Source: a virus. Taken from it: DNA of 17,995 nucleotides. The position numbers were made by a program, and so were the translations under genes. Numbering within the stretch: the first letter of the stretch is position 1; every line of letters starts with the position of its first letter. The stretch is from the UHGV virus genome UHGV-0163678; one strand, written 5' to 3'. This document shows, piece by piece, positions 1 through 8,674 of the stretch. Below the pieces are notes generated by a model that saw nothing but the letters and a program-made list of their open reading frames with translations, was not told the origin of the DNA and did no database searches.

Positions 1-319
<319 letters not shown>

Positions 320-484
320 ATAGACCTCCTGATGAACTTTGGTGGTGTGGTAGGTGGGAGACCCATTTCGACCTGTTTCGGCCTACTTCAATTCGGCAAT
401 AGTCCCGCAGGCCTCGCCGCTTTACGTGCGACATATTCCCGTCCATGAACCCTTCACCACACCCCAAAGTTCACTTTGGTTATT

Positions 485-499
485 GCGCTTTGTCAGCGC
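485..499 (-). promoter_or_regulatory. nutL boxB-like hairpin (GCGCU-GACAA-AGCGC on the transcript)
   Basis: Perfect 5-bp stem with GACAA pentaloop on the minus strand, between pL and the N-like ORF. The same loop recurs in the nutR candidate at 2676..2690. Resembles the P22 boxB as I recall it, not the lambda GAAAA loop. Confidence 0.45.
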
Positions 500-567
500 C
501 GTAGATTCATATTCGAATCGTTGTATATTCACCGCCCTGGTGAGTAGTGCGTCCTGCTGATGTGTTT

Positions 568-630
568 AGTATCACCGCCAGTGGTATTTATGTCAACACC
601 GCCAGAGATAATTTATCACCGCAGATGGTT
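568..630 (-). promoter_or_regulatory. Lambda-type left operator OL1-OL2-OL3 with pL promoter
   Basis: Exact 17-mers TATCACCGCCAGTGGTA (570..586), CAACACCGCCAGAGATA (594..610) and TATCACCGCAGATGGTT (614..630), matching lambda OL1/OL2/OL3 as recalled. On the minus strand, TTGACA (591..596) and GATACT (568..573) sit 17 bp apart, giving a leftward pL. Confidence 0.85.
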
Positions 631-790
631 ATCTGTATGTTTTTTATATAGATTTATTTTTTTGCAGGGGTGTGTGGCTTGGGAGGTGATCGAGAGATCT
701 GAATTGCGATGTTTAGTGAGTTGTATCTATTAATTTTCAAATAAATACAATTGGTTATGTGTTATTGGGTGAAGGGGATCGTGAGGCAAA

Positions 791-816
791 GAAAACCCGG
801 CGCTGAGGCCGGGTTG
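791..816 (-). terminator. Rho-independent terminator closing the cI operon
   Basis: 6-bp GC stem CCCGGC/GCCGGG (796..801 and 808..813) with a 6-nt loop; on the minus strand it is followed by TTTTCTTTG, 5 nt after the stop of the 123-aa ORF. Confidence 0.6.
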
Positions 817-820
817 TGTG

Positions 821-1192
821 TTACTTAAGAACGAGTCCGTTTAAGGCATCAAGGATTTTGGAAACATAACTTCCAAAAATGTAGGCGCAAAATGCGAACA
901 CGAAACTGACAACGACCGCAGATGCCTTGATGGTGATTTTTGCTGAGCTAATGCTTGTCTCAATACCTGACAGACGAGAATCTACAGATTTTATATCTGA
1001 CTTTACTTCAGCGAGATCGCGCTTGATGTATTCAACATCAGACTCTAGCTTTGCAACTCTAGCCTCAAGCATGTTACCTCCGCCGTTTCCTCCACCATGC
1101 CGTGAGTATGCATCATCAGTGGAATAGTGTCCAATTGGGCGAGATATGTTTTGATTTGGACGAAGCTGAGCAACCTTGTTATCTAAACTCAT
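821..1192 (-). CDS. Hypothetical tail-anchored membrane protein: Gly-rich N-terminal region, coiled coil, single C-terminal transmembrane helix; second gene of the rex-position cassette
   Basis: 123-aa ORF. AGGA about 10 nt upstream of the ATG; overlaps the upstream ORF by 14 nt. Sequence shows GGGNGGGN, a heptad-like segment LEARVAKLESDVEYIKRDLAEVKSDIKSVDSRL, and a hydrophobic stretch AVVVSFVFAFCAYIFGSYV. AT-rich by eye compared with cI. Confidence 0.55.
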   Translation of the reverse strand: MSLDNKVAQLRPNQNISRPIGHYSTDDAYSRHGGGNGGGNMLEARVAKLESDVEYIKRDLAEVKSDIKSVDSRLSGIETSISSAKITIKASAVVVSFVFAFCAYIFGSYVSKILDALNGLVLK

Positions 1193-1616
1193 CGCGAACT
1201 GATCCTGTTATCTTCACGTCAAAAAACGAACTTTTTACATCAATTACTTCGCCTTTATCAGGATTAACCAGTGATGCTCTAACTTCGAATATCCCAGGCT
1301 TGATAATTTTCACCCTTGGGAAGTTAATTCTCATAGAAGTTGATACGATGGTTTCTCCATCGTTGGCTTCTGCTACCGTAAAAAACTTATGGTTGGAGTA
1401 CAGTTTTGTGTCAATTGGTATCGGTATTTCTTGAGCATTGAAAACCTCAATGCCTATGGAATATTTTTTTGTAGCCTTAAGGCCGATAAAAAAAGCGCCA
1501 AATGATAGATCCACTTCATGGGAGTCTTTATCCATTTCATAGATAAGAACTGGAGTTACTGGGTTGCCTTCATCCATCGCAATCGGAATGATATAAGAAA
1601 TACGTTCTTTAATCAT
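1179..1616 (-). CDS. Hypothetical protein, first gene of the rex-position cassette downstream of cI
   Basis: 145-aa ORF starting 7 nt after the cI stop codon on the same strand, suggesting translational coupling. No motif I recognise. AT-rich by eye. Confidence 0.6.
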   Translation of the reverse strand: MIKERISYIIPIAMDEGNPVTPVLIYEMDKDSHEVDLSFGAFFIGLKATKKYSIGIEVFNAQEIPIPIDTKLYSNHKFFTVAEANDGETIVSTSMRINFPRVKIIKPGIFEVRASLVNPDKGEVIDVKSSFFDVKITGSVRDEFR

Positions 1617-1623
1617 TTACGTG

Positions 1624-2340
<717 letters not shown>

Positions 2341-2347
2341 TTAAATC

Positions 2348-2413
2348 TATCACCGCAAGGGATAAATATCTAACACCGTGCGTGTTGACTATTTTACCTC
2401 TAGCGGTGATAAT
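2348..2413. promoter_or_regulatory. Right operator OR3-OR2-OR1 with divergent pRM and pR promoters
   Basis: OR3 TATCACCGCAAGGGATA (2348..2364) and OR2 TAACACCGTGCGTGTTG (2371..2387) match lambda as recalled. OR1 (2395..2411) reads TACCTCTAGCGGTGATA, one base different from the canonical TACCTCTGGCGGTGATA. pR -35 TTGACT at 2384..2389 and -10 GATAAT at 2408..2413. Confidence 0.9.
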
Positions 2414-2428
2414 GGTTGCATGTACTAA

Positions 2429-2641
<213 letters not shown>

Positions 2642-2644
2642 CAC

Positions 2645-2690
2645 CGCTATTTTCACAATGGACATTCGTCCTACGTCGCTGACAAAGCGA
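2645..2690 (+). promoter_or_regulatory. nutR candidate: boxA-like CGCTATTTT plus boxB hairpin UCGCU-GACAA-AGCGA
   Basis: boxA-like 9-mer at 2645..2653. Perfect 5-bp stem with GACAA loop at 2676..2690, the same loop as the nutL candidate, directly downstream of cro. Confidence 0.5.
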
Positions 2691-2775
2691 GTCCCAAGAT
2701 ATCTGACCAACTAAGGCCATATGCGTTTCCACGCATACCTTTCAACTAACTATTCACTATTGGAAATCTTAAGAA

Positions 2776-3072
2776 ATGGAACGAACAAGTTACAGCAAAC
2801 TATCACAGCGTGACGTTGATCGCGCAGAAACTGATTTACTCATCAACCTGTCAACGCTTACCCAGCGCGGTCTGGCAAAGATGATTGGCTGTCATGAATC
2901 GAAGATAAGCAGAACGGACTGGAGATTTATTGCTTCGGTCTTGTGTGCTTTCGGAATGGCATCAGACATCAGTCCGATTAGCAGGGCTTTTAAGTATGCG
3001 CTTGATGAAATCACAAAGAAAAAATCCCCGGCCGCCACCGAGGATTTTAAGCAAATTGATATGCAATTCTGA
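2776..3072 (+). CDS. CII-like transcriptional activator (non-lambda allele)
   Basis: 98-aa ORF in the cII position. The C-terminal tail [17 protein letters not shown] parallels the lambda CII tail KKRPAATERSEQIQMEF as recalled; the rest is divergent. Confidence 0.65.
   Translation: MERTSYSKLSQRDVDRAETDLLINLSTLTQRGLAKMIGCHESKISRTDWRFIASVLCAFGMASDISPISRAFKYALDEITKKKSPAATEDFKQIDMQF
2786..2799 (-). promoter_or_regulatory. Candidate CII-binding site of a pRE-like promoter (TTGC-N6-TTGT on the minus strand)
   Basis: Direct tetranucleotide repeat with 6-bp spacing just inside the 5' end of the cII-like gene, oriented toward cro and cI, as at lambda pRE. Confidence 0.35.
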
Positions 3073-3104
3073 GGTCATTACTGGATCAATCCACAGGAGT
3101 AATT

Positions 3105-3251
3105 ATGACAAAACAACTCAGTCCTTACCAGGACAAAATTCACAAACACATACTACGTGATCGCTTCCTGTCCAGCTTCAAGCAGCCTGGTCGATTCCGG
3201 GCTGAGTTGGAAAAAGTGAAGCTGATGCAGAAGGAGAAAGGTCATGAGTAA
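3105..3251 (+). CDS. Small hypothetical ORF (48 aa) between cII-like and O-like genes
   Basis: ATG sits at the position homologous to the lambda O start, after the conserved GGTCATTACTGGATC junction. Reads [21 protein letters not shown]... and ends 8 nt inside the O-like gene. Below the ORF-track size cutoff; found by manual translation. Confidence 0.3.
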   Translation: MTKQLSPYQDKIHKHILRDRFLSSFKQPGRFRAELEKVKLMQKEKGHE

Positions 3252-4104
3252 TCTTGCAACCGTAACACATTTAAGGCCTTCACAACGGCCTGTGGAGCGT
3301 CGTGTGGCAGAAGTTGAAGATGGTTATACCCGTCTTGCAAATGCCCTGTATGAAGAGCTTATCGGCGCAGATTTAACAAAAAATCAGAGTAAGGTTGCCC
3401 ACGCCATATGCCGTAAAACATACGGATACGGTAAAAAGATGGATCGCATCTCTGATAGTCAGTTAGCTCAAATTACCAGGCTGCCAAGACAGAAGGTAAA
3501 CAAGGCCAAGAATGAGCTTATCGCGATGAAGGTAATCCTTCGCGAAGGCCAGCAAATCGGGCCTAACAAGAACATCGAGGAATGGCAAATCGAAGGGTGT
3601 CACTACTCTGGTGATAATGTCACTGCATTGGTGACAAAAAGTGTCACCAAAACGGTGACAGCGCTGTCACCAAAACAGGGACACACAAAAGAAACTATTA
3701 CAAAAGAAAAAAGAAATAATAAAAACACTATGTCCGAAAGTGTTCGGACGGAGTGTGAAAAATCATCTGACCGTCACGAAGAAACCGACAAGGCATTCGA
3801 GGAAATATTCTGGTGTGCAGGCATGCGGAAAGCCGGGAAAAAAAACGCAGCTTCGGCATTCAGAACACAGTTCAGGGAATGGCGTAAAACTACCAGGGGT
3901 ACGGCAAGCGAGTTTGCCACGATGCTGGCAGAAGACATCGCATGCAGGAATGGTAAGCAGTTCGGATTCGACAGGTTGTTACCATCGAGCTACTTGAACG
4001 GTCAGCGCTGGAACGACGAAAAGCCAGAAACCATTCAACCACAATCCAAACCATCATCCGCAATCACCGTATCGAAAACTGGCTACGTGTTTTTCGACAG
4101 GTGA
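3244..4104 (+). CDS. Replication initiator, lambda O-like (origin-binding N-terminal domain; divergent C-terminal domain)
   Basis: 286 aa. N-terminal region aligns with lambda O as recalled (DGYxRLxNxL...GADLTKxQxKV...RKTYGxxKxMDRIxDSQL...GPNKNIxEW). Iterons and an AT-rich tract lie inside the gene, as at ori-lambda. Confidence 0.8.
   Translation: MSNLATVTHLRPSQRPVERRVAEVEDGYTRLANALYEELIGADLTKNQSKVAHAICRKTYGYGKKMDRISDSQLAQITRLPRQKVNKAKNELIAMKVILREGQQIGPNKNIEEWQIEGCHYSGDNVTALVTKSVTKTVTALSPKQGHTKETITKEKRNNKNTMSESVRTECEKSSDRHEETDKAFEEIFWCAGMRKAGKKNAASAFRTQFREWRKTTRGTASEFATMLAEDIACRNGKQFGFDRLLPSSYLNGQRWNDEKPETIQPQSKPSSAITVSKTGYVFFDR
3605..3730. repeat. Putative replication origin: dyad-symmetric iterons (GTGACA-N5-TGTCAC type) followed by an AT-rich tract
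   Basis: Repeats such as GTGACAAAAAGTGTCAC (3631..3647), GGTGACAGCGCTGTCACC (3654..3671) and two GTCACCAAAAC units, followed by AAAAGAAACTATTACAAAAGAAAAAAGAAATAATAAAAAC. Same architecture as ori-lambda but a different iteron sequence. Confidence 0.6.
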
Positions 4105-4211
4105 ACCATGAAATCAAAAATCAAATCGCTACTGGTCGCTGGTTATAACCACGGCTGGTTAAGTATTTCGTTTGTCGATTTCTGGTTTAAAAATCTCAAT
4201 CTGAGGGAATC

Positions 4212-6092
4212 ATGAGGCCAAGTGAACTTAGCGACCTGCTTTGGGCGCAGGTTGACAGGGTGGCTCCGCACCTGTTGCCAAATGGCAAGAAAGAGGGGCA
4301 TGAGTGGGTTGCCGGTAACGTCAACGGTGACAAGGGAAACAGCCTTAAGGTCAACCTTAGCGGCAAGAAAAAATGGGCTGATTTCGCTGAGGGAGACGGC
4401 GGTGACATGCTTGATTTGTGGATGGCATGTCGTGGAATTAACCTGCATCAGGCTATGCAGGAAGCGAAAGCATTTCTCGGTATCAAGGATGACGATCACC
4501 ATTTCGATGCCAGACGTGAGAAGAAATTCTCCAGACCTGATCGCAAGAAAATCGCCCGCTACGTTACCAGAACAGAATCCCATCTTGAGTACCTGCAATC
4601 GCGTGGCATATCGCCAGAAGTCGTAAAGCGCTACGAGGTTGTCAGCGGCAAGGTGTGGAATGGAGAACGAGAACTGGATGCTCTGGTGCTTCCGTACAAA
4701 CGCGATGGTGAGTTGTTGCAGGTCAAGCGAATCAGCACTGAGCGCCCGGACGGGAAGAAAGTCATTATGGCAGAAGGTGATTGCGAACCTTGTCTGTTCG
4801 GATGGCAGGCTCTGGACGCTGGCGTGAGGGCGGTTGTGCTTTGCGAAGGCGAAATTGATTGTATGAGCTATGCGCAATACGGCATCTCGGCATTATCCGT
4901 GCCGTTTGGTGGAGGGAAAGGCGCTAAGCAACAGTGGATTGAGTTTGAGTATCACAACCTCGACAGGTTTGAGGAAATATTCATCTCGATGGACGTTGAT
5001 GATGTTGGTCGTGAAGCCGCAAGGGAAATCGCAAGCCGACTCGGTGAACATCGTTGCCGTCTTGTTACTCTGCCGTACAAAGACATCAACGAATGCCTGA
5101 TGAACGGTGTTACCGATGATGAAATCTGGCAGTACATCGGCACGGCATCCTACTTCGATCCTGAAGAACTCTACAGCGCGCGAGAGTTTTACCAGGACAC
5201 TATCAACGCTTTCTACGGCAAGCAGCAGTATCTGTTTAATCCACCGTGGGAATCTCTGGCAGATAAATTCCAGTTCCGTGAGGCCGAGTTGACGCTGGTC
5301 AATGGTGTGAACGGTCACGGAAAAACGGAGGTTGTCGGGCATATGGCACTTGAGGCAATGCGTCAGGGTGTGAAGACGTGCATCGCGTCACTTGAGCTGA
5401 AGCCAGGCATTCTCCTTAAGCGACTTACCCGTCAGGCGACGTGCTGCAAGATGCCGCCAGTGCTGGAAATTGACTCTGCATTTAAATTTTATGACGAAAG
5501 ACTTTGGGTGTTTGGCCTGACCGGAACGGCGAAAGCCGACAGGCTGATCGAAATATTCGACTACGCTCGCCGCCGATACGGCATCCAGTTATTCATCATC
5601 GACAGCCTGATGAAATGTGGCATAGGCGACGATGACTATAACGGGCAGAAGGCGTTTGTTGACTCGATTTGCGACTTCAAAAACAAAACAAACTCCCACG
5701 TCATTCTCGTTACTCACTCGCGAAAAGGAGACAGCGAAGAAAAACCAACCGGGAAAATGGACGTAAAAGGTTCTGGAGCGATAACAGACCTGACAGACAA
5801 CCTTTTCATCATCTGGCGTAACAAGGCTCGCGAGAGAGCGTTACAGAGAGTTCAGAGTGGTGAAAAGATGTCAGAGAAGGACGAACAGCTACTGGCATCT
5901 CCGGCATCTGTTTTGATGCTTGAAAAACAACGTAACGGCGAAGGTTGGGAAGGTGGTGTCCCGTTGTTCCTTGACGAGCAATCGCACCAGTTCCTGCAAC
6001 TTGAATCAGGATCGCCATATAGCTACATCGCCAATATGCCGAAATCGGAATATGACGAGGCGTGGCGACAGGAAAACGTGACGGAGTATTAA
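4212..6092 (+). CDS. Putative bifunctional primase-helicase (TOPRIM-like primase region with a C-terminal DnaB/RecA-like helicase domain)
   Basis: 626 aa. Acidic motifs typical of TOPRIM (VLCEGEIDCMSY, MDVDDVGREAA); Walker A-like GVNGHGKTEV and Walker B-like LFIIDSLMK. Occupies the position of lambda P, downstream of the O-like gene. Confidence 0.75.
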   Translation: MRPSELSDLLWAQVDRVAPHLLPNGKKEGHEWVAGNVNGDKGNSLKVNLSGKKKWADFAEGDGGDMLDLWMACRGINLHQAMQEAKAFLGIKDDDHHFDARREKKFSRPDRKKIARYVTRTESHLEYLQSRGISPEVVKRYEVVSGKVWNGERELDALVLPYKRDGELLQVKRISTERPDGKKVIMAEGDCEPCLFGWQALDAGVRAVVLCEGEIDCMSYAQYGISALSVPFGGGKGAKQQWIEFEYHNLDRFEEIFISMDVDDVGREAAREIASRLGEHRCRLVTLPYKDINECLMNGVTDDEIWQYIGTASYFDPEELYSAREFYQDTINAFYGKQQYLFNPPWESLADKFQFREAELTLVNGVNGHGKTEVVGHMALEAMRQGVKTCIASLELKPGILLKRLTRQATCCKMPPVLEIDSAFKFYDERLWVFGLTGTAKADRLIEIFDYARRRYGIQLFIIDSLMKCGIGDDDYNGQKAFVDSICDFKNKTNSHVILVTHSRKGDSEEKPTGKMDVKGSGAITDLTDNLFIIWRNKARERALQRVQSGEKMSEKDEQLLASPASVLMLEKQRNGEGWEGGVPLFLDEQSHQFLQLESGSPYSYIANMPKSEYDEAWRQENVTEY

Positions 6093-6362
6093 ATGAATAA
6101 AAAACAATTAGCCATTCTCGAAAAGGCATGGGATGCACAAATATCATACGCTTTGAAAGAACAGGCACTACCAATAATCCAGACCAAATCGAAAATAGCC
6201 AGGCAGTTATGCGATGACGGATTCCTGAACGAAGTTGAGATTACGCGCCAGATGGTAACGTTCAAAGGGTATGAGATAAATCATCATGGTATAGCGGCGT
6301 ATTGCTCCCATCTTCCTGATGACGTTGGCATTGATGAAATGGAAAGGGAGATGAAGCAATGA
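6093..6362 (+). CDS. Hypothetical protein
   Basis: 89-aa ORF whose ATG directly follows the primase-helicase stop codon (TAAATG). Confidence 0.5.
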   Translation: MNKKQLAILEKAWDAQISYALKEQALPIIQTKSKIARQLCDDGFLNEVEITRQMVTFKGYEINHHGIAAYCSHLPDDVGIDEMEREMKQ

Positions 6363-6442
6363 CCATCTACATCACTGAGCTATTGACAGGCCTGCTGGTA
6401 ATCGCAGGCCTTTTTATTTGGGGGAGAGTAAATCGTGGCTGA
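6359..6442 (+). CDS. Small hydrophobic peptide (27 aa, one predicted transmembrane helix)
   Basis: ATGA start-stop overlap with the upstream 89-aa ORF. Sequence MTIYITELLTGLLVIAGLFIWGRVNRG. Found by manual translation, below the ORF-track cutoff. Confidence 0.3.
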   Translation: MTIYITELLTGLLVIAGLFIWGRVNRG

Positions 6443-6641
6443 GTTAATTTTATCTGCATTGAGGATTCTCGGTGCTATGTGGATGGTGGCGACGTTCATT
6501 GTGGTTGTCAGCAGTTTTGTCCGGTTGGTAGGCGAAGGTAAAGACCTGGTGGGTGTGCTTTTCGGTAGCATTCTCCTGTGGGGGATTATCGGTGTTGCGC
6601 CTGTTGTCGTAGCAAAAATGGCGTGGCGTTTTGTGAGTTGA
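6435..6641 (+). CDS. Small membrane protein (68 aa, two predicted transmembrane helices)
   Basis: GTG start overlapping the end of the 27-aa ORF; two long hydrophobic stretches. Confidence 0.4.
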   Translation: MAELILSALRILGAMWMVATFIVVVSSFVRLVGEGKDLVGVLFGSILLWGIIGVAPVVVAKMAWRFVS

Positions 6642-6658
6642 ACTGAGGGTAAGTATCG

Positions 6659-7036
6659 ATGGACGAATCAAGAAAGCAGTTTGAAGAAAGTTGGTTGCGA
6701 CGTGGAGGCGAATCATCAGACCTTATCCGTTACCCTGAAAATCACCATGAAATTGGCAGTGGTGATATTGGTGGTCAATACGTGATGGACGATGTTCAAG
6801 GCCACTGGCAAACGTGGCAGGCATCGCGAGCAGCTATTGAACTGGATATCGACTGGCCCGAATCGAATGACGACTTTTGGAAAGATGGTGAAGAAGGTGC
6901 TTATGCGATGGGGCATGAGGATGGGAAGGACAAAACGGTAATTGCAGTGATGAAAGCTATCAGAGCCGCTGGAATTAAAGAGAAGAATTTCGATGAAGCA
7001 AATATACATACTTCGCAACGAAGCAATCAGAAATAA
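6659..7036 (+). CDS. Hypothetical protein
   Basis: 125-aa acidic ORF; overlaps the ninB start by 44 nt. Confidence 0.45.
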   Translation: MDESRKQFEESWLRRGGESSDLIRYPENHHEIGSGDIGGQYVMDDVQGHWQTWQASRAAIELDIDWPESNDDFWKDGEEGAYAMGHEDGKDKTVIAVMKAIRAAGIKEKNFDEANIHTSQRSNQK

Positions 7037-7439
7037 CGCCATAGACGCAATACTCTCACTTCCGATCGACGACAGGTCACCTCACGAAGTCCACATTAAA
7101 GAACCAAAGCGGAGCAATCCTCAAAACCGCCTTATGTGGGCGTTATTGCAGGACGTATCACGTCAGGTGCTTTGGCATGGACAGAGACTTGCGCCGGAGG
7201 ACTGGAAAGACCTGTTCACTGCCCTGTGGCTTAAGACCAAAAAACTGGAGCAACGAAGTGTGTCTGGTATCGACGGTGGCGTAGTCATGCTTGGCGTGCG
7301 TACCAGCAAAATGCGAAAGGCCAGCATGACTGAGCTTATCGAAATCATGTTCTGGTTCGGCTCAGAGCGCAACGTGCGGTGGAGTGATGACTCCCGGCGA
7401 GAGTATGAATGGTCACAACGAAAAGGGAAGGCTGCATGA
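6993..7439 (+). CDS. ninB: NinB-like recombination protein
   Basis: 148 aa. Shares conserved blocks with lambda NinB as recalled (QNRxxWAxLxDVSRQVxWHG, FGxERxVxWSDE). First recognisable gene of the nin region. Confidence 0.75.
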   Translation: MKQIYILRNEAIRNNAIDAILSLPIDDRSPHEVHIKEPKRSNPQNRLMWALLQDVSRQVLWHGQRLAPEDWKDLFTALWLKTKKLEQRSVSGIDGGVVMLGVRTSKMRKASMTELIEIMFWFGSERNVRWSDDSRREYEWSQRKGKAA

Positions 7440-7963
7440 CTATCAAATCAAATACGCCAGCACACGACAAGGACTGCTGGCAAACGCCGCTTTGGCTTTT
7501 TGATGCACTGGATATTGAGTTTGGATTCTGGCTGGATTCGGCAGCGAGCGACAAAAATGCTCTGTGTGCTCACTGGCTAACTGAGGCCGACGACGCGCTC
7601 AATTCTGAGTGGGTAAGCCACGGTGCAATCTGGAATAACCCACCGTACAGCAATATCAGGCCGTGGGTGGAAAAAGCCGCTGAGCAGTGCATACAACAGC
7701 GACAGACGGTAGTGATGCTTGTGCCAGAGGATATGTCAGTCGGATGGTTCAGCAAGGCTCTGGAGAGTGTCGACGAAGTTCGCATTATCACTGATGGACG
7801 GATTAATTTTATCGAACCATCGACAGGGCTGGAGAAGAAGGGAAACAGCAAAGGCTCCATGCTGCTGATTTGGCGACCGTTCATCAGTCCTCGACGGATG
7901 TTTACTACCGTATCCAAAGCGGCATTGATGGCGATCGGGCAGGGCGTCAGGAGGGCGGCATGA
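7436..7963 (+). CDS. Phage-type DNA N6-adenine methyltransferase (Dam-like), orphan
   Basis: NPPY catalytic motif ([10 protein letters not shown]). ATGA overlap with the ninB stop; an alternative in-frame start lies at 7409. No adjacent restriction endonuclease gene. Confidence 0.75.
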   Translation: MTIKSNTPAHDKDCWQTPLWLFDALDIEFGFWLDSAASDKNALCAHWLTEADDALNSEWVSHGAIWNNPPYSNIRPWVEKAAEQCIQQRQTVVMLVPEDMSVGWFSKALESVDEVRIITDGRINFIEPSTGLEKKGNSKGSMLLIWRPFISPRRMFTTVSKAALMAIGQGVRRAA

Positions 7964-8136
7964 GGCGACAGCGACGAAGTTTCACCGACATCATCTGCGA
8001 AAACTGCAAATACCTTCCAACGAAACGCTCCAGAAATAAACGCAAGCCAATTCCAAAAGAATCTGACGTAAAAACCTTCAACTACACGGCTCACCTGTGG
8101 GATATCCGGTGGCTAAGACATCGTGCGAGGAAATGA
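7960..8136 (+). CDS. ninE: NinE
   Basis: 58 aa, [58 protein letters not shown], near-identical to lambda NinE as recalled. ATGA overlap with the Dam stop. Confidence 0.7.
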   Translation: MRRQRRSFTDIICENCKYLPTKRSRNKRKPIPKESDVKTFNYTAHLWDIRWLRHRARK

Positions 8137-8498
8137 CAATGGATTATTCACAGTTAAGTGATTTTGAAATTAACGTGGCGGTATTCGAAGCCATTCATAA
8201 CGGATCACCGGATTACAAAGAAGGTGAGAATGGCGATATGGTGTTTGTCTCATTTGATGGAGACATTGTAAACGGAGACGCAGTTGAAGTAGAAGTTGAG
8301 CGCGGATCATTTAACCCATGCGTAAACCCAGCAGACGCATGGCCGATTATTGAAAAATACAGGATTAGCATTATCAATCTCGATGAAGACGAGTGGGGTG
8401 CACGCGGTGTGGCCTACTGTAAATCTAAGCGAGCTATACATGAAAATCCCCTCCGCGCCGCCATGATTGTCTTTCTCATGATGCAGAGAATCCAATAA
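8133..8498 (+). CDS. Hypothetical nin-region protein
   Basis: ATGA overlap with the ninE stop; about 121 aa from ATG 8133. The ORF-track start at 8097 is an upstream alternative. Confidence 0.5.
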   Translation: MTMDYSQLSDFEINVAVFEAIHNGSPDYKEGENGDMVFVSFDGDIVNGDAVEVEVERGSFNPCVNPADAWPIIEKYRISIINLDEDEWGARGVAYCKSKRAIHENPLRAAMIVFLMMQRIQ

Positions 8499-8674
8499 TG
8501 CTTAGTCCATCCCAATCCCTTCAATACCAGAAAGAAAGCGTCGAGCGAGCTTTAACGTGCGCTAACTGCGGTCAGAAGCTGCATGTGCTGGAAGTTCACG
8601 TGTGCTCAGATTGCTGCGCAGAACTGATGAGCGATCCGAATAGCTCAATGTACGAGGAAGAAGACGATGGCTAA
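8498..8674 (+). CDS. ninF: NinF
   Basis: 58 aa, [36 protein letters not shown]..., matching lambda NinF as recalled. Found by manual translation, below the ORF-track cutoff. Confidence 0.7.
   Translation: MLSPSQSLQYQKESVERALTCANCGQKLHVLEVHVCSDCCAELMSDPNSSMYEEEDDG

Noticed and set aside
3600-3690. Iteron repeats as a possible CRISPR-like or transposon-end repeat
   Set aside because: The repeats are dyad-symmetric, sit inside the initiator gene and are followed by an AT-rich tract, the signature of a lambdoid origin.
4143-4877. 244-aa ORF on the minus strand
   Set aside because: Lies wholly antisense to the well-supported primase-helicase gene, has no recognisable motifs, and has no room for its own promoter or ribosome-binding site. 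Judged a chance open frame.
7570-8094. 174-aa minus-strand ORF
   Set aside because: Antisense to the Dam-like and ninE genes, which are conserved and translationally coupled on the plus strand.
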